Notes: a model not told the origin generated them from the sequence alone. A stretch of DNA of 41,402 bases from a virus (IMGVR_UViG_3300002037_000001:1-41402), one strand, 5' to 3'; positions 18,614 through 27,534 are shown, counted from the first letter of the stretch. A program made the numbers and translations.

Positions 18614-19146
18614 AAAAAATAATATTCTATTTAATCCTGGTCCTGGTGGCGGCTTCAGGGTGTAAGTCTTTACGAACGGTATTCAACACAAAAGAAAAAG
18701 AAAAAACGAGAGAAAACACACATCTTGACATTACCGAGAAGGAAAACAGTAATTCTAATAAAATAACTGTGGAGAGAGTATCTGGAGGTAATATTAATGC
18801 CCGCATAATTCCTGAAGACGAGAGGCCTCGCGACGAGTCTGGTGCGCTAAAAGAATTTAAACAGATTTTAAAGGATGGCGGACTTACAAAAACTATAATT
18901 TACAAGCCCGACGGCAGTGTAGATGTGGAGTGTGAGCATGAAGGGAGATACTTAACTATAATAGAGAACCAACAACACCAAGCGGAGAAGAACACTCAAC
19001 TTATGCGAGAGCTTGCGAACATGATTAAGGCTAAAGACAAAGACACTGTAAGTCAAAAAGAGACTAAAGGTATAAACATTAACGTGATTGTTATAATTGT
19101 TTGCGTCTCGTTACTTTTAGCCCTAATTATTTGGAAAAAACTCTAA
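18610..19146 (+). CDS. unimolecular spanin candidate (N-terminal lipoprotein signal plus C-terminal TM anchor)
   Basis: The sequence MKKIIFYLILVLVAASGC has a lipobox Cys. The C-terminus INVIVIIVCVSLLLALIIWKKL is a TM helix. It is the last gene of the lysis cassette, coupled to the endolysin by ATGA. Confidence 0.55.
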   Translation: MKKIIFYLILVLVAASGCKSLRTVFNTKEKEKTRENTHLDITEKENSNSNKITVERVSGGNINARIIPEDERPRDESGALKEFKQILKDGGLTKTIIYKPDGSVDVECEHEGRYLTIIENQQHQAEKNTQLMRELANMIKAKDKDTVSQKETKGININVIVIIVCVSLLLALIIWKKL

Positions 19147-19766
19147 CTTAAATTTTTAGGAAACAGAGAATAGTATACTTTTCGGGTCAAATGCGTGTCG
19201 TATAAAGCGGAATGTAGTTCAGCGTCCTCTACTGAAATATTCAAGGTTTTAGCTACTCGGTGCAACTTGAAAGAAGGCATCGTGTGTCGAATGTGCATCA
19301 AGACATGTGAGGCTAACGGTAAAACGTCTATTGTGTCCGCCCAGAAATAAGCTCCGTAAAATGAATTTTCACTGAGTTTGAAAAACATCCTGAGAAAATT
19401 ATCATCGAAATACCTATTATTATACCCCACTAAGTGGAATTTGTCCTGTTTATTATATTTATCTACGTATTTCTCTAACATGTTTTTGAAAGCCCTAAAA
19501 GCTTCAGACATGTGCGGGTAAAGCATTATGTCTTCCAACTTTAATTTATTTGCAGTCAAGGCTTCTGGTTCAATTCTTGCTTTTTCATGCGGTTTTATTT
19601 TATAGTCGAATGATTCTACTATTTTGCCGTCAATCTCCACAAGACCCGATAATTCGACGATAGAGTGTTTCATGTGATTTACTCCTGTTGTCTCAACATT
19701 GTAGAATATTAGTTTAGGCATATCTTGCTTATTTGCGCTGCAGCCCACACAATCCAGGTCAAGCAT
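19143..19766 (-). CDS. DnaQ-like 3'-5' exonuclease (DEDDh); probable true start ATG at 19721
   Basis: Exo I-like FYNVETTG, Exo II GYNNRYFDDNF and Exo III HSALYDTHLT are present. The first acidic residue of Exo I is Asn. Confidence 0.75.
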   Translation of the reverse strand: MLDLDCVGCSANKQDMPKLIFYNVETTGVNHMKHSIVELSGLVEIDGKIVESFDYKIKPHEKARIEPEALTANKLKLEDIMLYPHMSEAFRAFKNMLEKYVDKYNKQDKFHLVGYNNRYFDDNFLRMFFKLSENSFYGAYFWADTIDVLPLASHVLMHIRHTMPSFKLHRVAKTLNISVEDAELHSALYDTHLTRKVYYSLFPKNLS

Positions 19767-19808
19767 AAAATTATTAAAAGTTTCTTTTCTGTCGGTGTTC
19801 CTTTCATG

Positions 19809-19955
19809 TTATAGATTTTTATAGAATCTAAAAAGTTGATGTAGTGGCGGAGGCCATTTCTGTGTGTTTGGGGCGTATCTTTTGATATTTAAAAACCATG
19901 CTTCGGGTTTTCTCTTATTTTTCGGGAAAACAACGCTTTCTACTTTAATTGCCAT
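19809..19955 (-). CDS. small hypothetical ORF (48 aa), below the track cutoff
   Basis: Hand translation gives MAIKVESVVFPKNKRKPEAWFLNIKRYAPNTQKWPPPLHQLFRFYKNL. It fills an otherwise empty 228-bp gap in a tightly packed operon. Confidence 0.3.
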   Translation of the reverse strand: MAIKVESVVFPKNKRKPEAWFLNIKRYAPNTQKWPPPLHQLFRFYKNL

Positions 19956-19994
19956 TTTTATTTTGTTTATTCAAATGTAAACTTTTTTTACCAA

Positions 19995-21392
19995 TTACGC
20001 AAAATATTTTTGAACTCTTGCTTTAACGGCGTCCATAACCCCTTGTTGTTTGGTGGCTTTTCTTTTTTGAGCCGCCACCACATCTTCGTCCATCGTCCCT
20101 TCGGCTATCAATTTATGCATTATGACGGGTTTCGTTTGTCCCTGTCGGTATAGTCTTGCATTAAATTGTTGGTATAGCTCCAGGGACCAGGTTTGCCCAA
20201 ACCACACAACGTTGTTGCCTCCTGTCTGTAGGTTTAGCCCGTGTCCTCCTGACGCGGGGTGCATTGCCAGTACATCTATCTTTCCCGCATTCCAGTCTTT
20301 TATATCTTGGTCGGTTTTCAACTCTCGAAACTCATACTTACTTAGTGCCTCTTTCAGTCGATACAAGTCATGTCTGTACGTCCATCCTATTAACACTGGA
20401 CTGTTTGCTGTATCGACTATCTCTTTAACCGCCTCTATTTTCAATGAATGGACTTCGTGCCAGTTTTTCGAAGCATCATACACAGCCCCGTTGGCAAATT
20501 GTAGTAATTTGTTTGACAGTGCCGCGGCGTTTAGCGCTGTTATTTCAAATTCCATGTCGCCTTCGCTGTTTGGCTCTCCGTATAAATCCATGACCTGTTC
20601 TTTTTCGAAAGCGTCGTATTTCTCTCGAATCTCGGAGGGCATTTTTAAAACGATGTCTCTTTCTATAAATTTAGGGAGAGATAAGTAGTCTTCAGCGGAC
20701 ATAGAGATACAAATATCCGATATTCTACTGTGGATTTCCTCTTCGCTTCCTTTCTGTAGCCTGTAGTTGTATACTATGTGTCCGTTAGAGGCCCCTTTAG
20801 TAAAGTATTTTTCTCGGTAAGTGGATATGAACTTTTCTAATCTTTGCCCCCTGTCTAGTAGGTATATTTGACTCCACAAGTCGATTAAACCATTCGGTGA
20901 TGGGGTTCCTGTCAGTCCTACTACTCTGGAGAACGAGGGTTGTACTTTTTTCAAAGCTTTAAACCTGACAGACTTAGGATTTTTAAAACTACTCAGCTCG
21001 TCAATAACCAACATGTCAAAAGGAAGCATACTCCCTCCGTACAGACCGCAAAGCCACGACACGTTGTCTCTACCTAAAAGATAGATGTGTGCTTTTTTCT
21101 TTAGTGCCGCCCTTCTCTGTTTAGGGTTTCCTATAATTTTGGAAACCTTTAAGTTACCTAAGTGGCTCCAGTTGTTTATTTCATCTGACCAAACGGTCTC
21201 GGCCACCCTTTTAGGAGCGACCACTAAAACAGTGTCTATCTCCAACTCTTCAAAAATTAAAGTATTTATGGCTGTCAGCGTGGTTGCTGTTTTTCCTAGC
21301 CCCATCTGTAAGAATAGTGCGCAAAAATCATTGTCTAAAATATGTTTTTTGGCGGTATTTTGATATTTATGTAAATTGTGTTTATGTAACAT
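19995..21392 (-). CDS. SNF2/RAD54-family helicase
   Basis: Motif I is MGLGKT, motif II is DELSSFKN. The C-terminal helicase motifs are HPASGGHGLNLQ and QQFNARLYRQGQ. Confidence 0.9.
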   Translation of the reverse strand: MLHKHNLHKYQNTAKKHILDNDFCALFLQMGLGKTATTLTAINTLIFEELEIDTVLVVAPKRVAETVWSDEINNWSHLGNLKVSKIIGNPKQRRAALKKKAHIYLLGRDNVSWLCGLYGGSMLPFDMLVIDELSSFKNPKSVRFKALKKVQPSFSRVVGLTGTPSPNGLIDLWSQIYLLDRGQRLEKFISTYREKYFTKGASNGHIVYNYRLQKGSEEEIHSRISDICISMSAEDYLSLPKFIERDIVLKMPSEIREKYDAFEKEQVMDLYGEPNSEGDMEFEITALNAAALSNKLLQFANGAVYDASKNWHEVHSLKIEAVKEIVDTANSPVLIGWTYRHDLYRLKEALSKYEFRELKTDQDIKDWNAGKIDVLAMHPASGGHGLNLQTGGNNVVWFGQTWSLELYQQFNARLYRQGQTKPVIMHKLIAEGTMDEDVVAAQKRKATKQQGVMDAVKARVQKYFA

Positions 21393-21428
21393 ATTTTTGA
21401 ATTATCGGTTTTATTGTTTTTGAAGAGT

Positions 21429-21662
21429 CTATGACATAGACCACCCCAGTTTTCTAAAAAGACGGTGCATGTAGTCTTGTATTTTTGTAGGTTTTTTTCC
21501 TGTAGACTTTAATTCTGCAAAAAATATATGCCCTCCAGGAAGCAGACACATTCGGTCAGGAATGCCCATATTATGCTGTGCGCTTAATTTGTAGCAAACT
21601 CCTCCGACTTTCTCTGTCTCTATTCTAAGCCTTTTTTCTATCACCTTCTCGCTTTCTAACAT
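21429..21662 (-). CDS. VRR-NUC domain nuclease
   Basis: GIPDRMCLLPGGHIFFAELKSTGKKPTKIQ matches the VRR-NUC PD...E.K core. It is the classic partner of the SNF2 helicase in this replication module. Confidence 0.75.
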   Translation of the reverse strand: MLESEKVIEKRLRIETEKVGGVCYKLSAQHNMGIPDRMCLLPGGHIFFAELKSTGKKPTKIQDYMHRLFRKLGWSMS

Positions 21663-22075
21663 AACATTTTATGTTTTCTTAATAGATTCATTGCATCGTA
21701 ATACTCTATGCGTTGCCCCAAGATAACCCCGTTGAAAGAAATGTCTGTTAATTTACTCAAGACCAAATCTATCGACAAGAGTAGGTCGTCGAAAGAGATT
21801 CTCAGGTATCGGGTGTCGTGGAAATAATAAGCTTTGCATGGGAGCTTTCCCATACTTTCAATAATTCCTAAAATCTCCCCTTTTGGTGTCTTAGTATACT
21901 CTTTGTAATATTCTTTATATGTCACTCCTCTGCGGATGCTGTTTATTGTTCGGGCAGACACGTTGTGCCTGAGAGCCAAAACCCCTTGACTTTGTTTCGA
22001 CGCCAATATGTCGAATATTTGGGTTTTAGACAATTTACGATTGACGTTTCCTTTTGTAGTATTTTTGTTTGCCAT
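21656..22075 (-). CDS. hypothetical protein with N-terminal HTH-like segment
   Basis: 139 aa. LALRHNVSARTINSIRRG resembles a short NUMOD1/IENR-type helix-turn-helix. It overlaps both neighbours. Confidence 0.45.
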   Translation of the reverse strand: MANKNTTKGNVNRKLSKTQIFDILASKQSQGVLALRHNVSARTINSIRRGVTYKEYYKEYTKTPKGEILGIIESMGKLPCKAYYFHDTRYLRISFDDLLLSIDLVLSKLTDISFNGVILGQRIEYYDAMNLLRKHKMLC

Positions 22076-24392
22076 AAAGTTTAAAGTTTTTAGTAGAATT
22101 AATCTGCTCCCATCCTTTTACCGTTCTTAACATTTCGTTTATTTCTCTCGACTTGTATCGGTCTAGGTCTTTTCTATCTCGGCCTAAACACTCACACCAA
22201 ACCTCTGCAACACAAACGGTCTCGCGAACGTGTTTTCCTTCCCCTTTTTCCTCGAAGAAAAGTTGTCTCTCCATAGAAGTTCTGTCTTCCCAATTGTCGG
22301 GCAGTAAATTATTAAGGTAGTCCTCCACGATGCCTGCTCTTTCGTCTGTTTCTGCATGTTTTGCTTGCTCTTCTTTTGCAAGATACTCCGCCTCTCCAGA
22401 CATGTATAGTTTTTCTCCTTTCCTGAACAAGACGAAAGCTTCCGCCCATAATTGGGACACTTCCTCTTCTGTCAATTCGTCCCACACGCTGCGCGTTACG
22501 TGTTCCTTGCGCACATCTATAGGGATAAATCTTCGATTCCCTGTTGTGCTTTTTAGGAAATTTTTATCGTTTGTCGTCCCGATGAAAATACACTGTCTCT
22601 GATAAGTTTCGGCCACTTTTGCGTAAGCTGCCCTAAAAGTATCCTCTCTTTTAGATATGAAATGCTTAACAGATTCGACGTCGGCTTTTCGGAGTCCTGC
22701 GAGTTCGGCTAGCTCTATAATCCAAGCCCCCTGTATTTGTTCCAAAGCCTCTCGGCCATGAACGGTCATAAAGGTATCAGAGAACCAATCTCGAGCCAAC
22801 TTGTCTGCAAAAGTACTTTTCCCTGTTCCCTCTGGTCCGACAAAAGTTACCACTAAGTCGAACTTAACCCCAGGCCTGTAGACCCTAGCCACCGCCCCTA
22901 CTAGCATTTTTTTTGCAGCCTCCCTAGTGTAGGAAGTGTCTTCTGCTCCGAAATACTCTATAAATAGTTTCTCTATTCTAGGAGTCTGGTCCCAGGTAAG
23001 CCCGCCTATATATTCTTTTATTGGGTGAAAAGAATGCTTTTCAAACTCTAATGCCAAACAATCGTCTATTTTCAGATTCCCTGTGATGCCGTAAATGCTT
23101 TCTATGTAATTTCTTACCCCTGAGTAGTCAACCCCGCGCATAGGCTCTGGCGGATTTGTTCTGCGCCAAGGCATGTTCCCAAAAATATATCTTTTTCCGT
23201 CAAAATCATTTAACTTAAATAATTGTTTTAGTCGAATGTCGTTCGAAAATATAACATTCAGGTTTGTAGCGCTAGACTTGTACGCTCCTCTGTTATCCAC
23301 ATCGAGTTCGGACATCCAATCTACTGTCTCCTGCGCCACCTCTATGTCCTCTGAAAACTCATACTTAGCCTGCGATAAATTCTCTGACGCAATGAGTTTT
23401 TTAACTGCAGGGTCTTCCAATACAAATTGGTGCATTGCTCTAAGACTATTCTTAGAAGAGACGCCTTCATCTAAATGCCCATACTTGTGTATGCGCACTA
23501 AGTCGAAAGAATTGCAAAGCTTACCACTACAAGGGTCTGTCCCGTGATGCGAGAAAGCGAATTTATTATCATATAAGATAAGTCCTGAAGAAGTCGACCC
23601 TTTAGTGTAGGAGTACCTTCCTTGTTCTGCGGATATGTACTCCTCACTTAAAAAAGTTTCTATTGCATCCTCCACAGAGTACGCTCTGCAGAACAGGCCT
23701 ATAGCTCCTTTTTTAAGTTCGGGGTCTTCTTGTTTCTGGATTTTCCCTTTAACTTGGTCTACATGTGCCTGTGAGGTAGGCCATAGACTAGAGTCCGACC
23801 AGTCGGTGTATCTCTTTAATGTTTTGTCTACATCTACCGCCTCGCCTGTTTGGTGGCGAAAATAATAGTCTATATCTTTCGGGGAAGAAGGCCAATACAT
23901 AAGCCTGTTAGGCTCAAAAGTAGTATTGTCGAAAAGGTCTATCCCTAAGTCGCCCGCTACTCTACGAGATACGGCTACGTATTCGTCTGAAGAACATTCT
24001 CGGGAGAGAGGCATAACTAGTCGAAATCTTGGGCTTTTCTCATGGTGTTTGTGCGTGGCGTGAAGTACTGCCGCATTCCCGAACATCAATTGGAAATCCT
24101 CCCAAAAATCTAAATGAGCAAAATCTATATCTAAGGTCATTAACTGTCTGTGTACCACATTTTGCGGGTTTCGTTTTCCTGCCCTAAGATACCCTCCGAC
24201 ATACCCGCCGACATCTTTAATCTCGGATTGGTCGTCTTTCGATGCCGCCATATATTCTTTATAGGTCTCTTTAGTCTTATGCTCTTGGGCTAATTTTTGG
24301 ACAATTTCAGACCAACTCCACTTCTTATTCTTCCAGATTCGAGATTTACGAGAGTGGCCTATAGCTATGTCTATTTTTAAGTCGTTCTTCAT
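22035..24392 (-). CDS. bifunctional primase/helicase (N-terminal AEP prim-pol, C-terminal VirE/D5-like P-loop NTPase)
   Basis: The N-terminal region has LTLDIDFAH (DxD) and HATHKHH...RFRLVMPL. The C-terminal region has Walker A GPEGTGKST, WIIELAEL, and the VirE-like block CIFIGTTN...GNRRFIPIDV. Confidence 0.85.
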   Translation of the reverse strand: MKNDLKIDIAIGHSRKSRIWKNKKWSWSEIVQKLAQEHKTKETYKEYMAASKDDQSEIKDVGGYVGGYLRAGKRNPQNVVHRQLMTLDIDFAHLDFWEDFQLMFGNAAVLHATHKHHEKSPRFRLVMPLSRECSSDEYVAVSRRVAGDLGIDLFDNTTFEPNRLMYWPSSPKDIDYYFRHQTGEAVDVDKTLKRYTDWSDSSLWPTSQAHVDQVKGKIQKQEDPELKKGAIGLFCRAYSVEDAIETFLSEEYISAEQGRYSYTKGSTSSGLILYDNKFAFSHHGTDPCSGKLCNSFDLVRIHKYGHLDEGVSSKNSLRAMHQFVLEDPAVKKLIASENLSQAKYEFSEDIEVAQETVDWMSELDVDNRGAYKSSATNLNVIFSNDIRLKQLFKLNDFDGKRYIFGNMPWRRTNPPEPMRGVDYSGVRNYIESIYGITGNLKIDDCLALEFEKHSFHPIKEYIGGLTWDQTPRIEKLFIEYFGAEDTSYTREAAKKMLVGAVARVYRPGVKFDLVVTFVGPEGTGKSTFADKLARDWFSDTFMTVHGREALEQIQGAWIIELAELAGLRKADVESVKHFISKREDTFRAAYAKVAETYQRQCIFIGTTNDKNFLKSTTGNRRFIPIDVRKEHVTRSVWDELTEEEVSQLWAEAFVLFRKGEKLYMSGEAEYLAKEEQAKHAETDERAGIVEDYLNNLLPDNWEDRTSMERQLFFEEKGEGKHVRETVCVAEVWCECLGRDRKDLDRYKSREINEMLRTVKGWEQINSTKNFKLYGKQKYYKRKRQS

Positions 24393-25084
24393 ATTAAAGT
24401 AAATAGTTTTTCAGTAGCTTTTTTACTTCCTGTTTGTTGTGTCAGTGAGCTAGTTGTCTCTTTACTCCACACAGGGATGAAGTCTTCAGGCATATTATAC
24501 TCTGACACAAATATCACATGTCCTTGGTCTGCTTTATTCCTGCAAAATTTATAAAACTCCTCATGGTTAAAACTGTTGTGGTATTTAGTCGTTCCTTTGT
24601 ATGGGGGGTCTAAATATAACAAACATTTATCAGGTAATAAAAACTCTCTGTAATCTGCGCATTCTAGGTGAACGTTTTGTAATTTAGGGGCTTGTTTTTG
24701 TGCATTTCTGTACGCTTCTGCCACATAGTCTCGACCTCCTCTGCGGTCTCTTGCCCATCCTGCCAGCCACTTGCCTGCGTAACTGTAGGCAAATCCTGCA
24801 AAACTCCCATGCGTGTAGTCTGACCCCGCTTTTAAATCAAAGTAATCTTCCTCTGTAAATTCCTTGTTGTTTTTCGGAAGCTCCTCTAAACAGTCTCTTA
24901 TAGACTTTAAAGCTTCTATCGTGTGTGGGTTTGAGTCTACCCCTATTCGGGGGCCAGATACTTCGGAAATCATATTGCCTCCGCCCACAAATAATTCAAC
25001 CCAAGGCATGTCAGGCTTTCTGCTTTTATCCATTACAGCTATCATGTTTTCAGCAAATCTTGCTTTACTTCCCATGTACTTCAT
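24389..25084 (-). CDS. N6-adenine DNA methyltransferase (D12 class, Dam-like)
   Basis: N-terminus YMGSKARFA, AdoMet motif ELFVGGGNM, and catalytic motif LYLDPPYKG. Confidence 0.85.
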   Translation of the reverse strand: MKYMGSKARFAENMIAVMDKSRKPDMPWVELFVGGGNMISEVSGPRIGVDSNPHTIEALKSIRDCLEELPKNNKEFTEEDYFDLKAGSDYTHGSFAGFAYSYAGKWLAGWARDRRGGRDYVAEAYRNAQKQAPKLQNVHLECADYREFLLPDKCLLYLDPPYKGTTKYHNSFNHEEFYKFCRNKADQGHVIFVSEYNMPEDFIPVWSKETTSSLTQQTGSKKATEKLFTLI

Positions 25085-25089
25085 GTCTC

Positions 25090-27081
25090 CTAATCTTTTT
25101 TATAGTAATCACTCAAATACCCTTCTGCGTCTAAAGGCAAACCGTTTGCCCATTCGATAGGCCTACCCATTATGTGTTCAATTTCTTCTAACTCTTCCAA
25201 CTCTTCACCGTAAACACCTCCAGCTGGAATCTCCATTGCGGCTTCGTCATGTACGTGTAATACAGGCGCGTATCCTTCTTCTTTTAACCGCATCATGCTG
25301 ACAGCTAATATATCTCGGGCTATTGCTTGGACTATGTTCTCTACAAATTTACCGCCGTAGGAATCTATCCACCCCCATTTCCTGGTCTCTTGGACTATTC
25401 CTTTATATTTAACGGAAGTCTGGTCGAATCTGTTTTTATCCAATGTAGCTTCTTGATAGAAAAGCTCTCTACCTGAAGGCAGAGTTATCCTAAGACAGCG
25501 CCCATCATGTAGAAATCGAAGTCCTCGAAATTGCTTTAAAACGATTCCTCTTTTTGACCTAATAGCCTCTATTGCTGCCTTATTAACCGTGTCCCATAGT
25601 TTTTTTATTCGAGGACTCTTAGCCCTCCACTTATTAACTATGGCCTGCATTTCTGTTTCGGTAAGTCCCATCTTTTCTGCCCCCATCTTCTTTAACGCTC
25701 CGATAGAACCTTGGTACCCTAGTGCTAGCTCCGCCACCTTACCTTTGGCGCGGTAATCACTGCCCTTAGTCACCTCTTCTATAGGCACGCCGAACATCAT
25801 TGCTGCAGAAGCTTCATATATTTTACCGTGTGTCCTGAACACTTCAAGTCGCCACTCCTCCGATGCTAGCCACGCTATTACGCGGGCTTCGATTGCGGAG
25901 AAGTCAGCAACTGCAAAAGTGTGGTCTTCTTTAGCCACAAATGTCGGCCGTATGAGTTGAGATAAGGTGTCAGACACTCTATCATATTTTTTAGATATTT
26001 CGTTAAAATCTCCGCAGGAAACGAGATACCGAGCCTCGTCCAAATCTTCTCCTGTCATTTTTATGCCTGGGAGGTTTTGCATCTGTACTAATCTGCCTGC
26101 CCATCTTCCTGTCCTATTTGCTCCGTAAAATTGGAAAAATCCTCGCCCCCTACCATCTGCTCCAACACAATTAAGCATGGCTACATATTTCTTAATAGAG
26201 GTTTTACTTGCTCTTTGCCTGAGTCTGAGAACTTCTTTAACGATTTCGGGATTCTCTCCGATAGACTGTTCAGCTTCTTCTATGAGTTTGGGAATTTCTG
26301 CCTTTGCTAATGATTTAACTTCGATGCCTATGGCTTCCGACAACCATCTAGTGAGCTGAACAGGACTATTCGGGTTCTCTAATTCGGTTAATCCTCGCAT
26401 TCTATCTTTTATGTTATTCGAATTAACATCATTCATTCGAATAACTGTCTTTGCAAAATCGGTGTCTATTTTTATGCCTCGGTCGTTTATTTCCTGGTCC
26501 AGGACATACATGTCTTTTTCAAATTTTGTGATTTCATAGTCGGTTAAATGTTCGTCTATGGCTCTTTCTACTTCAACATCTTGCACACAATATTCTTTAA
26601 ATTTCTGCCATTTTTCCAAGTCATGGTCAGGAAAATTTCGAGTACGTTGGCCATTAATTTTTGTGGGTTTTATTAGTCCACAAAAATAAGATATAAGCCT
26701 TTTACCTTCGGAGTCTTTTTTCTCCGCCAACCCCATAGCTTCTGACGCAGTATCCAAAGATAAAGGAAAACCGCAGTAAGCTGCTTTTATTAAAGTACAC
26801 TCCCATTTTGAAATCTTGGTGCTAATCCCGAAGGCCTCAAAAGCTAACCTTTCAAAAGTCGCATTATGCGCGCAAAGGGTAGTCTTTTCGTCAACCACTG
26901 CGTTAAGGAAATGCTGAGGTAATTCCTCTCCGCGCGCCAAATCTATTATTTGTACGGGGTTGTCTTCGTAGGCAAAAGCGACCATGAGTATTTCAAAATC
27001 AACGCTTTCACAATACCTGTAAACTCCTGACGTTTTCAGGTTCTCCGAGCTATATGTCTCTATATCGATGTGCAGCTTCAT
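25090..27081 (-). CDS. family A DNA polymerase with 3'-5' proofreading exonuclease
   Basis: Exo I is HIDIETYS, Exo II is HNATFERLAF, Exo III is YCVQDVEV. Pol motif A is VADFSAIEARVIAW, motif B is RAKGKVAELALGYQG, motif C is LHVHDEA. Confidence 0.92.
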   Translation of the reverse strand: MKLHIDIETYSSENLKTSGVYRYCESVDFEILMVAFAYEDNPVQIIDLARGEELPQHFLNAVVDEKTTLCAHNATFERLAFEAFGISTKISKWECTLIKAAYCGFPLSLDTASEAMGLAEKKDSEGKRLISYFCGLIKPTKINGQRTRNFPDHDLEKWQKFKEYCVQDVEVERAIDEHLTDYEITKFEKDMYVLDQEINDRGIKIDTDFAKTVIRMNDVNSNNIKDRMRGLTELENPNSPVQLTRWLSEAIGIEVKSLAKAEIPKLIEEAEQSIGENPEIVKEVLRLRQRASKTSIKKYVAMLNCVGADGRGRGFFQFYGANRTGRWAGRLVQMQNLPGIKMTGEDLDEARYLVSCGDFNEISKKYDRVSDTLSQLIRPTFVAKEDHTFAVADFSAIEARVIAWLASEEWRLEVFRTHGKIYEASAAMMFGVPIEEVTKGSDYRAKGKVAELALGYQGSIGALKKMGAEKMGLTETEMQAIVNKWRAKSPRIKKLWDTVNKAAIEAIRSKRGIVLKQFRGLRFLHDGRCLRITLPSGRELFYQEATLDKNRFDQTSVKYKGIVQETRKWGWIDSYGGKFVENIVQAIARDILAVSMMRLKEEGYAPVLHVHDEAAMEIPAGGVYGEELEELEEIEHIMGRPIEWANGLPLDAEGYLSDYYKKD

Positions 27082-27323
27082 TAATCAAATTTTATGTAAT
27101 TAACCCAAGCCATCATAAGATTGCCAACTATGAGAAACATCCAGGTTTCCTGGAATATCTCCATTTGCGATAATTCTGGATTCTGCCACCAAAAGATAAA
27201 AGGGCAGGACAGCATAAAAAATACAGGGATGTATAAAATCGTGTATATTATTTTCTTCTTCATTTCGTTGGTTTTAGTTGTTATTTTAAAAAGAGGACTC
27301 AGGCCAGCATCCTCTGTTTTCAT
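27081..27323 (-). CDS. small membrane protein
   Basis: 80 aa with two hydrophobic helices (IIYTILYIPVFFMLSCPFIFWW and WMFLIVGNLMMAWVNYI). Its stop abuts the polymerase start. Confidence 0.5.
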   Translation of the reverse strand: MKTEDAGLSPLFKITTKTNEMKKKIIYTILYIPVFFMLSCPFIFWWQNPELSQMEIFQETWMFLIVGNLMMAWVNYIKFD

Positions 27324-27381
27324 GGGAGTCTTTTAGCTTATCTCGCCTTGCTATTTGTGGGCCTGATTTGAAAACCCGTAG

Positions 27382-27471
27382 TGCAACAGACAGGACTTGA
27401 ACCTGTATTGTGAGATTACCTCCTCACTAGTTTACCGATGTAATAGCGTCTACCAATTCCGCCACTGTTGC
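27382..27471 (-). tRNA. tRNA-like gene, type II (Leu-like scaffold) with non-canonical anticodon arm
   Basis: The minus strand reads GCAACAG TG GCGGAATTGGTAGACGC T ATTACATCGGTAAACTA GTGAGGAGGTAATCTCAC AAT ACAGGTTCAAGTCCTGT CTGTTGC A. It has a perfect 7-bp acceptor stem, a Leu-type D arm, a 5-bp variable arm and a canonical T arm (GGTTCAAGTCC). The 17 nt in the anticodon-arm position cannot form a 5-bp stem with a 7-nt loop. No CCA is encoded. Confidence 0.55.
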
Positions 27472-27534
27472 TCATGGAGTTGTGCTTTTTGTCTATCAGA
27501 AGCACGGGTCGCGCCGAAAACTGAATATTAAATT

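Noticed and set aside
19709-19807. 32-codon minus-strand ORF (MKGTPTEKKLLIILCLTWIVWAAAQISKICLN) upstream of the exonuclease
   Set aside because: It is plausible as a tiny membrane peptide if the exonuclease starts at 19721. It is too short to support, and it overlaps the annotated exonuclease start.
27382-27471. tRNA-like element as an attP integration site of a temperate phage
   Set aside because: No integrase, excisionase or CI-like repressor gene was found anywhere in the closed genome.
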